From Octopus vulgaris (Eukaryota): a DNA stretch of 64,000 nucleotides. The stretch is taken from contig OX597815.1 of the NCBI GenBank assembly GCA_951406725.2, forward strand, positions 142,352,001-142,416,000, in the 5' to 3' direction. The notes beneath the pieces are model-generated. The model did not search any database. It was not told the origin of the DNA and saw only the letters and a program-made list of their open reading frames with translations. Within the stretch, counting starts at the first letter, position 1; every line of letters begins with the position of its first letter. Shown here piece by piece: positions 1 through 12,747 of this stretch. Both the position numbers and the translations under genes were made by a program.

Positions 1-11
1 ATATATATATT

Positions 12-46
<35 letters not shown>

Positions 47-72
47 ATGTATGTATGTATGTATGTATATAT
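1..72. repeat. Compound (AT)n/(GT)n/(TATG)n microsatellite, representative of dozens in the window
   Basis: Directly visible. Other large tracts: 2150-2236, 7300-7890, 20080-20570, 31600-31830, 32230-32430, 37260-37660, 48330-48890, 49880-50095, 52965-53150, 55305-55520, 59385-59630. Confidence 0.97.
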
Positions 73-1399
73 GTTTCTCATAATAAAGCACACTTCAATA
101 GTTTAGCAGATAGCTAGAAGGGTCTTTAATAGCAAATATAATTTTATATAACGTCATGTAGACTTCCAAATAAAAACTAAACGTCAGTTTTTCATTGCAA
201 ATTCATTTTGATTAGAAATCTTATTTGACATTCCACTCTCCCGAAAGCGCAAAAAGCTACGTAAAACTGAATTTCTAATATGACAGTCTTCGTTTATGAT
301 GCCTGTATTGTTCTTGTGTGTTATGAATATATGCTGTTTCTAGAAGCACTTTTAATATGTATTTCTGTTAATATATAATATGTTTCTCCTCAGTCATCAT
401 ACATAAGTATTATATCAAATTATAAACCTATATACACTGCAACACTCAATAAAATATTACAGACACATAGGAATAATATTGGTGTAGGCATGTGAGAATG
501 ACAGAAAAAGAGAGAAAGAGAGGAAGCAAAATGTGACACACAGAGAGTGGGAAAGAGAAAAGAGAGAGAAAAGAGAAAGAGAAATAAATCAGACAAAGAG
601 ATTTGCACCTCAATGCAAAGTGAGAAGTTCATTCTTTTATATCATGGACGTGTACCGAGTGGCAATCCCGGCCTTGCCAGACATATCGTCCTCTATCATC
701 GGACAGTCTGATGACAACAGGAAAGCCATATTTTCAAACTCACTTTAAACCTTCCCTCCTGAAAATAAATAGATATTTGCACAAGTGAAATGGCCAATAC
801 ATCAGTTCAATTTAAAATAATTTTTATATATAACTTGACATAAAATTACACATTCGTACACACACATTAGATGTGTGTGTATGTGTGAACGCCTGTTATA
901 TTAGATATTAGCGACTTAATCAGGCTTTGTAACGAATATTAAAGTGCACTTTCAACTTAAATTGGATGTGTTTTAGAACACATTAAACTGTAGCAAACAT
1001 CACGGAAGCTCATCTCGTGTAGATGACAAGCGTTAAAAAGCACCGAATACTATATTGGCTGGGAAAATTCTCGTCAACACCAGCAGATAATACTATCGTA
1101 TTGTGTGATTTCATTGTAAATTGCGGATCAACAATAACAGCAATGCAAGCTTCATTAATGCATGTGGAGTTGCTAAATAATATTCGTAACAAAAATTGAT
1201 TCTGTCACAGCTCATTTATAACAGCCCGCCAGCTTTTCGCGTCATCACTAGCTGTGTGGCCAGTATAATATTATATTATTGTATGGCCACATGTTATCAG
1301 TTCGGCTCGTTTTTGATCTCGTATTCGAGGCTTGTCAGTGTGGAAAGAAATTATGTATAAAATTAATATGTAGCTCCCACACATCTGAAGTCCAAAATA

Positions 1400-1960
1400 A
1401 AAAATATTCTTTAGTTCCTGAAGAAATTTACATTGATAAACATTTTTAATTTTGCAATTTCCGTTGAGAACACAAATTTTATTCGGACCACGATTACAAT
1501 ATTACAATTGATTTCATTATTTAAGAAGTGGTTATCATTATTAATGTTATTATTATTATAGTTATTAAGCGAAACCCTTTTACCGTTAAGAATATAGTTA
1601 TGTGAAGAGATAATTTGTTGGAGATTATTAGCGTTAGAAACAACAATTCTGATACGATGTGAGTTGAGAAAAGAGTGGAAACTCGAACTTTTGGAGATGC
1701 TCCTTTCGATGGCTTTACGAAACATTTAATTTGTTTGCTGTATGGAATAACAAAACTAATAGTTTTACTAGGGTCAGGCAATTTTTCGGGAGATTTCTCA
1801 TGAAAAAACCTGGAATTTTTTATCTATGTTTATAGAAGTGGGGAAGTATAATTACCTTCCTTGGACTGCTTATTTTTAAACTTACCAAGATTATGTTTTT
1901 GCATAATTCCATGTAAGGAATTTGATTTAGGTTAATATATTTATGATGAATGTTTTCTTT
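1400..1960 (-). mobile_element. Penelope-like element fragment (RT thumb/linker to start of the Cys-rich region before the GIY-YIG nuclease), frameshifted
   Basis: Minus frames read IPYSKQIK..FRKAIERSISKSSSFHSFLNSHRIRIVVSNANNLQQIISSHN and CNRGPNKICVLNGNCKIKNVY. This matches the PLE motif FLxLIDKHFPxxHxLHKIFNRNTVKxSYSCxxNxxxIISxHN / CNCRxxxCPLxGxC, also seen at 56780-57030. Confidence 0.7.
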
Positions 1961-2147
1961 GTATAATATTCGATTTTGTATGTTATATGTCTCACAGCAT
2001 AGCTTTTGGACGGGTTCTTCATTGGCTGAGTTGTGAAATGGTGGTTCGTCTCTAAATTAATTATATACATATATTATATATTATATATTACAAAAGTCTG
2101 CATTATACTGAATTTTACCTGTAATGTTGGAATAATAATTTATTCCC

Positions 2148-2236
<89 letters not shown>

Positions 2237-2241
<5 letters not shown>

Positions 2242-2382
2242 AGCGTAGCTGTGTGTTGAGAAGTTGAGAAGATTGATTCATAACCACAAGGTTCCGGGTT
2301 CAGTCCCACTGCGTGGCATCTTCAGCAAAGCTTTGTGAGTGGATTTGGAAGCTGGAAAGTGAAAGAAGCCGTCTTATATATG

Positions 2383-2449
<67 letters not shown>

Positions 2450-2680
2450 GTTTGTGTGTATTGGTGAGTGTGTTATTATCCCCACCACCACCATCGCTTG
2501 ACAAAAGATGTTGGTGTGATTACGTCCCTGTAATTTAGCAAAATTAAATTAACCGATAGAAGAAATATAAGGCTTACAAAGAATAAGTCCTGGGTTCGAT
2601 TTGTTCGACTAAGACATCTTAAGGTAGTGCTCCAGCATGGCCGCAGTAAAATGACCGCAACAATTAAAACAATAAAAGAA
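2237..2680 (+). mobile_element. SINE family A (tRNA-headed octopus-type SINE with internal microsatellite), internally deleted copy
   Basis: Head GTAGCTGTGT..GGTTCCGGGTTCAGTCCCACTGCGTGGCA (A/B-box-like), GTGAGTGGATTTGG, (CA)n middle, tail GTGCTCCAGCATGGCCGCAGT..AATAAAAGAA. More than 10 related copies occur in the window. Confidence 0.9.
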
Positions 2681-2799
2681 TGATGTTCCGTGAAGCAAGG
2701 ATCAACAACAGAAGCACTTCATCTGGTAAAGATGTTTTTAATTGTTAATGCTATTCATTATCTTTCTTATCTTTTTCTTGACAATATAATTAAAATTAC

Positions 2800-3020
2800 T
2801 GGTATTGTTAGTAGATATATGTATTACTTTCTACTACTGATGCTAGTACTACCTAGTGTCTTTGTCTCTATACTACCACCATCACTCTTGCCACCACCAT
2901 CACGATTACAAAACCACTACTGTTGCTGCTGCTGCCGCTACCTCGACTGTTATTTCAGAAATAACAACAACTACTACTACTACTACCACAACAACATCTA
3001 CTGCTGCTACTATTGGTATT
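2800..3020. repeat. Degenerate trinucleotide low-complexity tract (CTA/CAC/GCT/ACA)
   Basis: Visible. Explains the poly-H/T/A/C/N/Y ORFs at 2690-3104. Confidence 0.85.
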
Positions 3021-3274
3021 TCTCAAAATGTCCTGTCCGCAGAATCACTCCTTGAATTCAATCACAAGACTGACATAATTTTTGCGAAAAATGGATCGCA
3101 ATGAAGAATTTATAAAGAGAGGAAGAAAGAAGGAATAAATGAAAGATAGCTGATACCAAACATCGATGATAAGTTTGATGCATCTATGAGCACCAAACAA
3201 CAACGCCAGACTGATGCCAATAATCAAAAACATCGACAAAAGACGCATGCATCCCTAGTGATATATACTTTTCT

Positions 3275-3475
3275 TTTAGTTTTCTTTTTACTTATTTCCG
3301 TCATTAGACTGTAGCAATCCTGGAGCACCACCTTGGAGAACTTTTTATTCGAATGAATCCACACCAACACTTATCTTGTAAGCGTGGTACTTATTTTATC
3401 GGCCTTTGGTCAAACCGCTATGTCATGGTGATGTAAACACACCAGTACCGGTGGGGGGACAAATAGAAACTCAAA
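3275..3475 (-). mobile_element. SINE family A, 3' half
   Basis: Reverse complement of the family A tail (CTGGAGCACCACCTT, GTAAACACACCAG, GGGGGACAAA). Confidence 0.85.
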
Positions 3476-3527
3476 TACACACACACACACACACACATAC
3501 ACACACACACACACAGAGATATATATA

Positions 3528-3736
3528 TTTACCTGTCTCAGTCATTTGACTGCAGTCACGCCGGAGCACCACCTTTAGTGGAACAAATCGATCCCAGAAA
3601 TTAGTATTTGTAAGCCTAGTACTTATTATAAAGGGTTTTTTGCCGAACCACAAAGTTACGGGGACTTGAAGACACCAACATCAGTTGTCAATCGATGGTG
3701 GGGAGGACAAACAGACCGCAAACATATATACGCACG

Positions 3737-3813
<77 letters not shown>

Positions 3814-5075
3814 TCCGTTTACCAAATCTACTCAGCACTTGAACGGCTCGAGGCTATAGTAAAAAAACTCTTGTCCAAGGTGACGTGCGATGGGACTGAA
3901 CCCGGAACCATGTGGTTGGGAAGCAAGCTTCTTTATTTCATGATATTGGCTATTACAGCCTTATATGTAGGGGACAGTACAAGGTGGAGACAAAAAAAAA
4001 ACGAATGGGAAGTATAAATTAAATATAATGAAAGATGAAATGAAACCGTTCGGCCCAATCTCCAAGCGATTTCATTGAACTTTTTAATACAACCTGTTAT
4101 TGTAACTTTTTTTTAAAAAACACTAGTTTATAATACCATTTTTAGCGACAGCTAATTTCCATCCGGCCGAAGGATGTTTATATTGCATTTCTTTAACATA
4201 TCAAAACAGCTTACTCGTTCCAGCATCATACTGGTGTCCATTTTCCTGACCCACCACCCAAAGTTAAAGTTTTCCTCATAGTCCTTCAATCTGAAATGGT
4301 ACAATCTGAAATGGTACACAGCAAACGTTCTCGGCACCCCTTCACTCCTGTTACATCCACCATTATCACTCTGTCCCTCGAATCTATCTCATTCTGAAGT
4401 TCTTCCTTTATTCCATTGTAGAGTATGACATATTTTTCATTTCCGAACGAGAGTGGGGAACTTTGGGGCTCCTGTGTGCTTGTGTTCGTCTTCATGTCAG
4501 GTGGGGTATGGCGAAGGCTAGTTTCTGCAGGTGTAGATTAGGTGTGGGTGGGTTTTGGGTGTGTGTGTGTGGGAGGTCGTCATTTACAACGTGTGACATT
4601 TTCCTCTTTCTTTTTTTTTCCCAGGTGTTTCCCATCCATTATTCACCCCCTCCTCCTCGACGCTGGCACTGGTCGTTGTCTGTGGTGCAGTTTCAATCTC
4701 CTTCCCCCTCTTGTACTTCTCTTCAGCCTCCACGGGTAGCGGAGGATTTCTCTTTTAAGTATTTTCTTGAATTTGCTTAATTCTTCCAGACTCACGTCTT
4801 GACTATTTTCTTTTGCCTCTTCAGCATAATTTATCGTCTCCATGGCCTCGTAAATTCTTTTTAGACTTTTCACCAATTCTTCCTCGGACGATATAAAGTC
4901 TCAAGAAGAACTCAAAACTTCGTAATTCATAACGCTCCTACGGTGCTCTCCAATTAAACAAGAGGGAATACGCCGCACACCACCGCTGCAAGACAGCCAA
5001 AAACACGCATTTCACACAAAGGCAACCGTCCAAACAATCGGAAGCAAGCTTCTTACCACACAGCCACGCCAGCGT
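3528..5075 (-). mobile_element. SINE family A copy split by an insertion in its tRNA head (SINE parts 3528-3933 and 5040-5075)
   Basis: GGAACCATGTGGTTGGGAAGCAAGCTTCTT stops at 3933 and resumes as GGAAGCAAGCTTCTTACCACACAGCCACGCC at 5040. Confidence 0.92.
3934..5039 (-). mobile_element. 1.1-kb RT-less retroelement with decayed ORF1-like coding remnants, inserted in a SINE A head
   Basis: Perfect 15-bp TSD GGAAGCAAGCTTCTT (3919-3933, 5040-5054). Minus ORF pieces 4643-4876, 4286-4495 and 4152-4337. PLSFGNEKYVILYNGIKEELQNEIDSRDRVIMVD resembles the ORF in the 20978-23043 element. Confidence 0.85.
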
Positions 5076-5084
5076 CTACGATAT

Positions 5085-5225
5085 TTTCGGGAATATTCAG
5101 ATGTAGCTGAATTTTTTTGCACTTTTGAGCAACGGTCGGGTTTTCTGTTTTCCTGAATGGCTAACTTATGACTTCCACGCTGCATTCACTTCAGTTTCAG
5201 CACACGATCTCCGATCAAAATACTT
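5085..5225 (+). repeat. Unclassified interspersed repeat, second copy at about 20630-20780
   Basis: Shared CTTCCACGCTGCA..GTTTCAGCACACGATCTC(C/A)GATCAAA in both places. Confidence 0.75.
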
Positions 5226-5699
5226 AATGTGTGTGTATGTGTGTATTTGTGTGCGTGCGTGTGTGTGTGTGTGTCTGTGTGCGCGCGCGATTGCGTGCGT
5301 GTCTGTGTGCGTGTGAACACTTTCATTAGTAGTAGAAGTATGAGAATACAATCGTAGAGAAAAGAAATCTAGTTTATATGACAGCACTCCGTACATTGAA
5401 TAGTAATGCCAGGAATATGTGTAATTCTAGAGGTTTCAGTCAAGAAAGCAGAATAAACTTGTGTGTCTTGCAATATTCATGAACTAGAAGAACAAATATC
5501 TTCCTTGGTGATAAATAGTCATTCGTCATACATTATTTATTGTCATTCTTAATTAGATACTTCCAAATACGCATATGTACACACGCATACACACGTACAT
5601 ACATTCATACATACGTGTGTGTATGTGTCTGTGTATATGTGTGCACGTGTGTGTCTGCGTGAACAAATGTGCATAACGTGTCCGCGCTTTAGATAGTAA

Positions 5700-6172
5700 A
5701 GTCTTACCTTGTATTACCAAAAGTTACTGGGAGTTCAATATAAAACCTTGGATAAATGTCTTCTACTACAACCTCGGGTTGACCGAAGTATTGTGAGTGG
5801 TTTTGGTAGGCGGAAATTGAAAGAAGCCCGTCGGATATGTATAATTCTATTTCTTATGTTACGTCCGTCCGTTAGTCGATATATCTTTTCTTTTTGATAT
5901 TCCCTTGTGTTTGTATATGTACATTCGTTTGCCTTGCTCAAGGGCTAAATGCCTTCAGCTTCAGCCCTTGGCTAAACTGGCGTTGAGTAGTATCGGAGAG
6001 GATTGGGTGAAACTACGTAGATATTCCAAACTCCGACTGAAGAAGCAATTGCCTGCGAATGTTCTGCGTATCTTATTTTGTCCTGTTTGCTGTTGTTCTG
6101 CTATCGATCTTTTCTCTTGTTATGTTTTAAAGATTTCCGTTTGTTGTGTTTTTACCACACACACACACACAC

Positions 6173-6241
<69 letters not shown>

Positions 6242-6475
6242 CAGGCACACAAATATCAAACATCTACGTCTGTATTTGTGTCTGTGTCCGTTCACCCCTA
6301 TCAGTATTGGTGTGTTTACATCCCATAAGATAACGGTTCGGCAAAATCGAACTATAGAATAAGTGCTACGCTTAAGAAATACGTCCTGGGATCAATTTGT
6401 TCGACTAAAACCCTTCACAGCGGTGTTCCAGCATGACCGCAGCCGAATGACTGAAATAACTAAAATAATAAAAAT
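5700..6475 (+). mobile_element. SINE family A copy (head 5700-5845, tail 6265-6475) with about 300 bp of another repeat inside its microsatellite middle
   Basis: TTGTGAGTGGTTTTGGTAGGCGGAAATTGAAAGAAGCCCGTCG, then tail CGGTGTTCCAGCATGACCGCAG. Confidence 0.8.
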
Positions 6476-7020
6476 GTACTAACAATACTAGTAATTATGA
6501 TGTCGTCAACAATATAGGAAAAGTAATATAAATAACATTTAATAAAATGTAGACGTAAGACGTAGTACCTTACAGGTTATATAAAAAGTATCTTAAAAGA
6601 TATGTAAAATATATGGGAACTGTAACAGCCTAGATTGAACTTATTGTCAGACGTTGAAATTATATATCTGGAACATTGTATTGTATTGGTTTACAACAAA
6701 GGACAGAAAATCAAGGAAGAAATGGAAGGTTTAGCATTTACTAAATGGCTTCCTGTATTACACAGAATTAAGAACAAAATCTTACCAAGCGTAGCTGTGT
6801 GGTAAGAAGCTTGATTCCCAACCATATGATTCCGGGTCCACCTTGGCAATTAGTTTCTACTATAGCTTCGGGCCGACCAAATCCTTGAGAGTTGATTTAG
6901 TAGACAGAAACTGAAAGACGCCCTCGAGTGACCCGTCTGTTTTTTTGTGTCGTCTCTTTGTGTGTTTTTGCGTTCTTTGTAATTTATATTTTATATTTAA
7001 TTTCTATACATACGTACACG

Positions 7021-7060
<40 letters not shown>

Positions 7061-7193
7061 AATGAGGTAATCAGCACACATATGTATATATATATATATA
7101 TATATATTAGAAAAAATGAGGTAATCAGATCAGATGGTTCATATTTGTAGATATTTATTTATATATTACATTTTTTACATATATATCATATCA

Positions 7194-7240
7194 TTCGGAT
7201 TAGCGCTTTCTCCCAATCTAGTGGGCTTTTCAAATCAAAT
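7194..7240 (-). ncRNA. Decayed Penelope-type minimal hammerhead ribozyme
   Basis: Minus: GAT-TTGAAAA-GCCCA-CTAGAT-TGGGA-GAAA-GCGC-TA|ATC. Topology and palindromic stem III fit, but the core CUGANGA is mutated. Confidence 0.5.
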
Positions 7241-7339
7241 AGATTGTGGGGAGTTTGAACATTTTATAGTTTCGTAGTAGTGGGTGAGGAGGAAGTGAGA
7301 CAGAGAAAACATGTGTGTATGTGTATGTGTGTGTGTGTG

Positions 7340-7391
<52 letters not shown>

Positions 7392-7394
7392 TTT

Positions 7395-7556
7395 ATATCT
7401 GAGAGTGAAGAAGTGTTATTTCCTTTGGTCAACTGGACCTCCTGTGGTTTTATAAGAACTTTGGCCATCCATTTTGATGTCACTGAGTGTGTTGTGCGTA
7501 GGTTGGCCTGACAAATGTCATTTGGGGTCACAGTTTCTATGATCATTCTGTGGAGG
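7395..7556 (-). mobile_element. Possible Penelope GIY-YIG C-terminal remnant
   Basis: Minus translation HLSGQPTHNTLSDIKMDG..QRK*HFFTLRY loosely resembles the PLE end motif HFNxPGHSLSDI..RKxxExFFI. It lies just upstream of the decayed hammerhead. Confidence 0.3.
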
Positions 7557-7580
7557 TGTGTGTGTGTGTGTCTCTGTGTG

Positions 7581-7624
<44 letters not shown>

Positions 7625-7700
7625 TGTGTGTTTGGAGAAGGGGAGAGAGACAAAAAGAGAAAAGGGAAAATAAAAATAATAATAATAAAAATATATAATA

Positions 7701-7753
<53 letters not shown>

Positions 7754-7799
7754 CATACACATACACATACACATATACATACAAACATAATAAATAATA

Positions 7800-7838
<39 letters not shown>

Positions 7839-8092
7839 CACATACACATACACATATACATACAAACATGTGTGTGTGTGCGTGTGTGTGTGAGTTTTCC
7901 CCACCATCGCTTGATAATCGGTCTGGTGTGTTTACGTCCCCATAACATGGAGGTTCCACAATTCTGTCACCTCGCCGCCTAGTGATAGCAAGATTTATTC
8001 TTATATTCTTTTATTCTTTTACTTGTTTCCGTCATTTGACTGCGGACATGCTGGAACACCGCCTTTAGTCGAAAACATCGACCACAGGACTA

Positions 8093-8181
8093 ATTCTTTG
8101 TAAGCCTTGTACTTATTCTAAAGGAGTTCTTTCGCTGAACTAAAGAACCCCTTTAGAATAAGTACAAGGCTTACAAAGAAT
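8093..8181. repeat. Hairpin, 40-bp arms with 1 mismatch and 9-nt loop, made of SINE A tail
   Basis: ATTCTTTGTAAGCCTTGTACTTATTCTAAAGGAGTTCTTT / AAAGAACCCCTTTAGAATAAGTACAAGGCTTACAAAGAAT. Confidence 0.95.
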
Positions 8182-8188
8182 ATATATG

Positions 8189-8258
<70 letters not shown>

Positions 8259-8333
8259 AATTAAAATGGAAGACAAGAGATGGAACGAACCGATGAATCG
8301 AAAACGAACCCGACGCGAGGCGCTGTCAGACAA

Positions 8334-8754
8334 TAATGTAATAATTAAAATATATGCATACATACAAACATATATGTACGTACCTACATGTATATATACA
8401 TGCATATATAAATAAATATACGTGAGTACAGGACACCACAACAGGACGTAGAAACGGGAAAAACATAAAATTATAACAAGAAAATAAGGAAAAGTCCCCG
8501 GTCATCAGCTGTCGCTAGTTAGACTCAAGCGTGTTTCGAAGAGCCTTCGAAACACGCTTGAGTCTAACTAGCGACAGCTGATGACCGGGGACTTTTCCTT
8601 ATTTTCTTGTTATAATTTTATGTTTTTCCCGTTTCTACGTCCTGTTGTGGTGTCCTGTACTCACGTATATTTATTTATATATGCATGTATATATACATGT
8701 AGATGTAGGTACATATATATATGTTTGTATGTATGCATATGTTTTAATTATTAC

Positions 8755-8758
<4 letters not shown>
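8334..8758. repeat. Long palindrome, arms about 210 bp, 3-nt spacer AGC (8542-8544)
   Basis: 8384-8541 is the exact reverse complement of 8545-8702. The outer about 50 bp is imperfect. Confidence 0.95.
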
Positions 8759-8803
<45 letters not shown>

Positions 8804-8830
8804 CTGTAAGTATGTATATATGTATGTATA

Positions 8831-9048
8831 TGATGGGGGTGCTGAACATTTCTCGCTGTAAGTATACGGCAAAAGACCTGGTTGAAGGCCCAAACTTCCG
8901 AATTCTGTAACAGGGCTTAGGAAAACTGAACGACTGCTGCAATAAGTGTGTGAATCTGAAAGGGGGACTCGTTGAATAAAATCGTAACTAATTGATCGTC
9001 CACATTTTCGTTTACCCACGCCTAATAACTTTTCTGCACTCCCTCATG
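8831..9048 (+). mobile_element. Mariner-derived MITE (internal deletion derivative)
   Basis: Imperfect TIRs GATGGGGGTGCTGAA / TTTCTGCACTCCCTCAT in TA context. The interior encodes a transposase C-terminus, GLGKLNDCCNKCVNLKGGLVE* (compare GIxxLxxRWxKCIxxxGDYVEK). Confidence 0.7.
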
Positions 9049-9059
9049 TATATCTATCA

Positions 9060-9139
<80 letters not shown>

Positions 9140-12100
9140 CTAGATGTGTGTGTGTGTGCACGCGCGCATGTGTGTGTGTGTGCACGCGCGCATGTGTGTG
9201 TGTGTAAGCATACAGTAAGTTACTGCCACTTATGTTGTAGGCTTAATTCAAATATTCTCAGTGCTGTTATAACCACAATTTCTTTGTAAACTTATTGACT
9301 CACTTATTCAGTATCGTTACATTTAAAATGTTATTTTTCTAGCCAAACTTGCATTAATCCACGGACACCAACTAAATCGGTGTAATTTAGAAGAATTATA
9401 TTGACGCAATGATTCTCTCTTCATCGTACACACAGACCAGCATAGAAATAAAATATCCAGTGAAGAAAATATTATCATTGAAAATATCTTTAACATGGAA
9501 TATTTTGCGTCATTTTAATTTCTGAGTGTCTTAGATAGAGAGATCTTCTAGAAAGTTGTTTTACTTTTTAGTAAGTAGCGATATCGGTAAGTATGTGAAT
9601 CAACATCTCGAACTGAGATTTAAAATTGCAATTTGTCTCGTATCTTTCTCATTCCCAAGTTGGTTCCCGTATTCATGATTTGTTATTTCTAAAGATTATT
9701 TTCATTGTATCTCTTGAATAACTGAACCATTATTGTAATATCATTACAATGATCGTGAAGGTTTTGTTTATACATCGTTTCAAATCTCACTGCCAACGCA
9801 AATATTTAAGATAAAATAAACAAATCGATATATTTTAATATCATATCCATTTTTTTCTTTTTTACTTTACAGTAGAATATGTGTACATGATTTACTGTAG
9901 AATGTATTTTTACAAAAAATTACACACACACAGGTATGTGTATTCTTGGTAGTAACTGTGTTAAACTATATTCAATACCACTTTCTATTATAATACTGCT
10001 AGATTGCTGAGCTAGAAATTCCTTCGGAAAAGAATACTTATCTTGCGCTAACAAATATTGGCTTCTAGGTTCTAATTTTACGTGTCAGTATATTCCTTGT
10101 CATTGGTAAAGAATATTTTGTAACGATATTCACTGTTTGTAATATAGTTTCGAAATTAATTTATAAATTTCTTGTAGTTAAAAAATTTAAGTACTTATAA
10201 ATTTCATATACTTTTATAAACTTAAATGTGTTACATGGTAATTAGAAAGATTATAGTATATTTCATGCATTTGTGCATAAATGAAATAACTAACGGTAGA
10301 GCGCTAAGTTGAGCAAACGTTTCTGAATTTAGATTTTGCACAAGCGCAGCTTATAATTTTGATACTCGGTGAGAATAAGTGTACAAAATGGTCGCTGAGT
10401 TTCGAAAATTCTAGGCTACGCCTGCATAATATCTAAATTTAGAAAACATTGCAGCACATCTCAATGACTGCTCGAAGAAAACTTGTTGAGGCAGCTGCCT
10501 TGAAATGTTTTCTAACATTTATAGTTGAATATACTTTTCCAAGTGCTCCCTAGAGCATCCTTCTCTCTCTTTTTATCTCTCCCATTTTCTTCCTCTCCTT
10601 ATCTATGTATGTCGCTTTTCTCTCTCTCTCTCATCTAGCAACTAGATAACGAAGATGATTTCGTTAAAGTGATATATCATATCATGCGAAGAAGCATTCT
10701 TATGGCAGTCTTTCAGTACATATCGAGTAATAGCACTCAAACACTAGATAACAAGTAGTTCTGACTTTTCAAACTTTCTGATCCATTTGTTGCTATTCTG
10801 TGGAGAAACAAAACCTGTGAAGTGTACTCTCCTAATAAATCTTCTTATACATTCATTTCTGCATTACAGTGGTTGGCACCAGCATCCCGTATTTTGCGAC
10901 ATTTACTTATGTGACTCGTGAAACTGTTCCTCAGATTTCTTCAATCTGTATAGATCGTGGATATTAGTGCTGCTTTAAGGCATGTTTATAGAAAGGTGTC
11001 GTCGATGTTAGCTTTGTATCTATTATGCTTATTCATATGTAACTAATTTCAAGAAGATATTTAAAACCTCAAGCTTACCTGATGCCAGTCTATGAGTTAA
11101 ATATTCCTAGGTATGCATTTACTGATATTTTTTTAATTTCTTTGTCTTTCACATAGAGCTGGACCGATTCTCTTCTGTCACTATGTAGACTTTACTTTTC
11201 AGTATGCGGCATTGTTTTCTAAAGATTTTTTTTTTCCGCTTAAAAACAATAAATATTTTTCAGGTTCTTTTGTTTCTCTTTATATATTGGTGTTACCAGC
11301 TGCTATTCGTAGATTCTTTTAGTGCCGTTTCCCATCTATATATATATATATATATTGAATTAATAATTACCTGTGACATATTAATCCTATACTCTCCTAC
11401 ATCACTTTATCACTAAGTGCATCCATACAGGGAGATTTACTTTCTTTCTTTATTTATCATTTCTTTTTCTTTCTTGTATTATTTTTACCACCATAATATG
11501 AAAATCGGAAAATTTCAGGCATTGATTTCTTAAGTATGAATTAAATATGAACGTATGGTTCAAAAAGATTTTAAAAATACGTTTTGATGTTTATGTGTTA
11601 TTGTTGTTATTTTGTTATTCGCATTGCGTGTTTTTTCTCCATGGACTACTTTGAAATATTTGTGACTATTAGGGTCAGGGTTAGGGTTCCTTAAAATTAA
11701 CCTCCTTAAAGTTAACATTTTGTATTTCAACTGGTGTCTTTAGTGGTTTATTTAGGTCTTTGTATTGTTCCACATACATACGATCTTTTTTCATAATTTA
11801 TGCCTTTCCTTATATAATATATCTATTGTTGATGCTTCTCTTATCACTTCCCGTGGAGCTTTCAAACTGACGATGTCTTGGGTATAGCTTACATGAGAGA
11901 ATGTATATTTCACTACGCGTATTGCGCAGAAAAACGAATGATAATTTTGCTGTGAGTGTTTGGTATAATGCGTGTATTATATAAGAGTGAGATGAAACCA
12001 ACTTAAATATAATTGATAATGAAGTAGTAATGAAATACAAGAGAGAAAGGCGACACTAATGTAAAAATCTCAAAGATCGTCATTTAGAAAATATTTTCAC

Positions 12101-12552
12101 ATACGATTTCCTTGGTGTTGCTACAAATGTGTGTTGAGAATCCATATCTTAAGTGAATAATTCCTGTTTACCTGAAACTACCAGGCGAAATAGTTAGGTT
12201 TTACTTATATTTCAAGAAATATACAAGATTGAGTTACCCCTTGAAAGAGCATTTTATTTAAAATTCGAAACTCCCAGTAGTAACACATATTTATATCACT
12301 ATCAAAATATATTTAACCAATTTCTTTCCAGAAAGGTTTGAGAATTATCATGGTAAAGTTGGATCACAATCTTTGCAAAGATGCTCTTCCACTTGTTCGA
12401 TTTGATTCCTGAATTAATGCAGTCTTTGTGCAGCATTCTATATAGACGAATACATTTAATGTTATCATCAGGTGCAATCAATGTGACACAGTGTGTGCCA
12501 ATCCTGGCTATGCCTTTTGGATTACAAGTAAAAATCCATTCAACGAGATTAT

Positions 12553-12696
12553 CTAGAGTTCCCATTCATTCAACTCCACTCGCAAGTCAGTCTGAAGTTC
12601 CGGAAAATGACGTGTGCTGGAAATGATAGGTAGCGAGATCCATCTGTGATCTTTGGGTTCCGATGCAAACTTCTTAAAAATTCGCCCATAATACAC
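12553..12696 (-). other. Candidate exon (possibly terminal), unidentified
   Basis: Acceptor ..ATAATTTATAG|GTG at 12697/12696 and higher GC than the flanks. Phase 0 gives VYYGRIFKKFASEPKDHRWISLPIISSTRHFPELQTDLRVELNEWEL*. No family recognised. Confidence 0.25.
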
Positions 12697-12747
12697 CTAT
12701 AAATTATTGCATAGAAATAATTAATTTTTAATGTGTGGTACATATAT

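Larger units (their letters stand above)
6785..8181 (+). mobile_element. SINE family A copy: head 6785-6925, body 7880-7956, tail inverted at about 8000-8140
   Basis: Head GTAGCTGTGTGGTAAGAAGCTTGATTCCCAACC. The body ends ..GGAGGTTC and the expected continuation GTTCAGCGAAAGAA.. is on the minus strand. Confidence 0.7.

Noticed and set aside
706-732. CTGATGA-CAACAG-GAAA hammerhead-like words
   Set aside because: No stem I or III, and only one base pair for stem II.
11668-11688. TTAGGG-like telomeric words
   Set aside because: Only about three degenerate units; likely a transposon remnant or chance.
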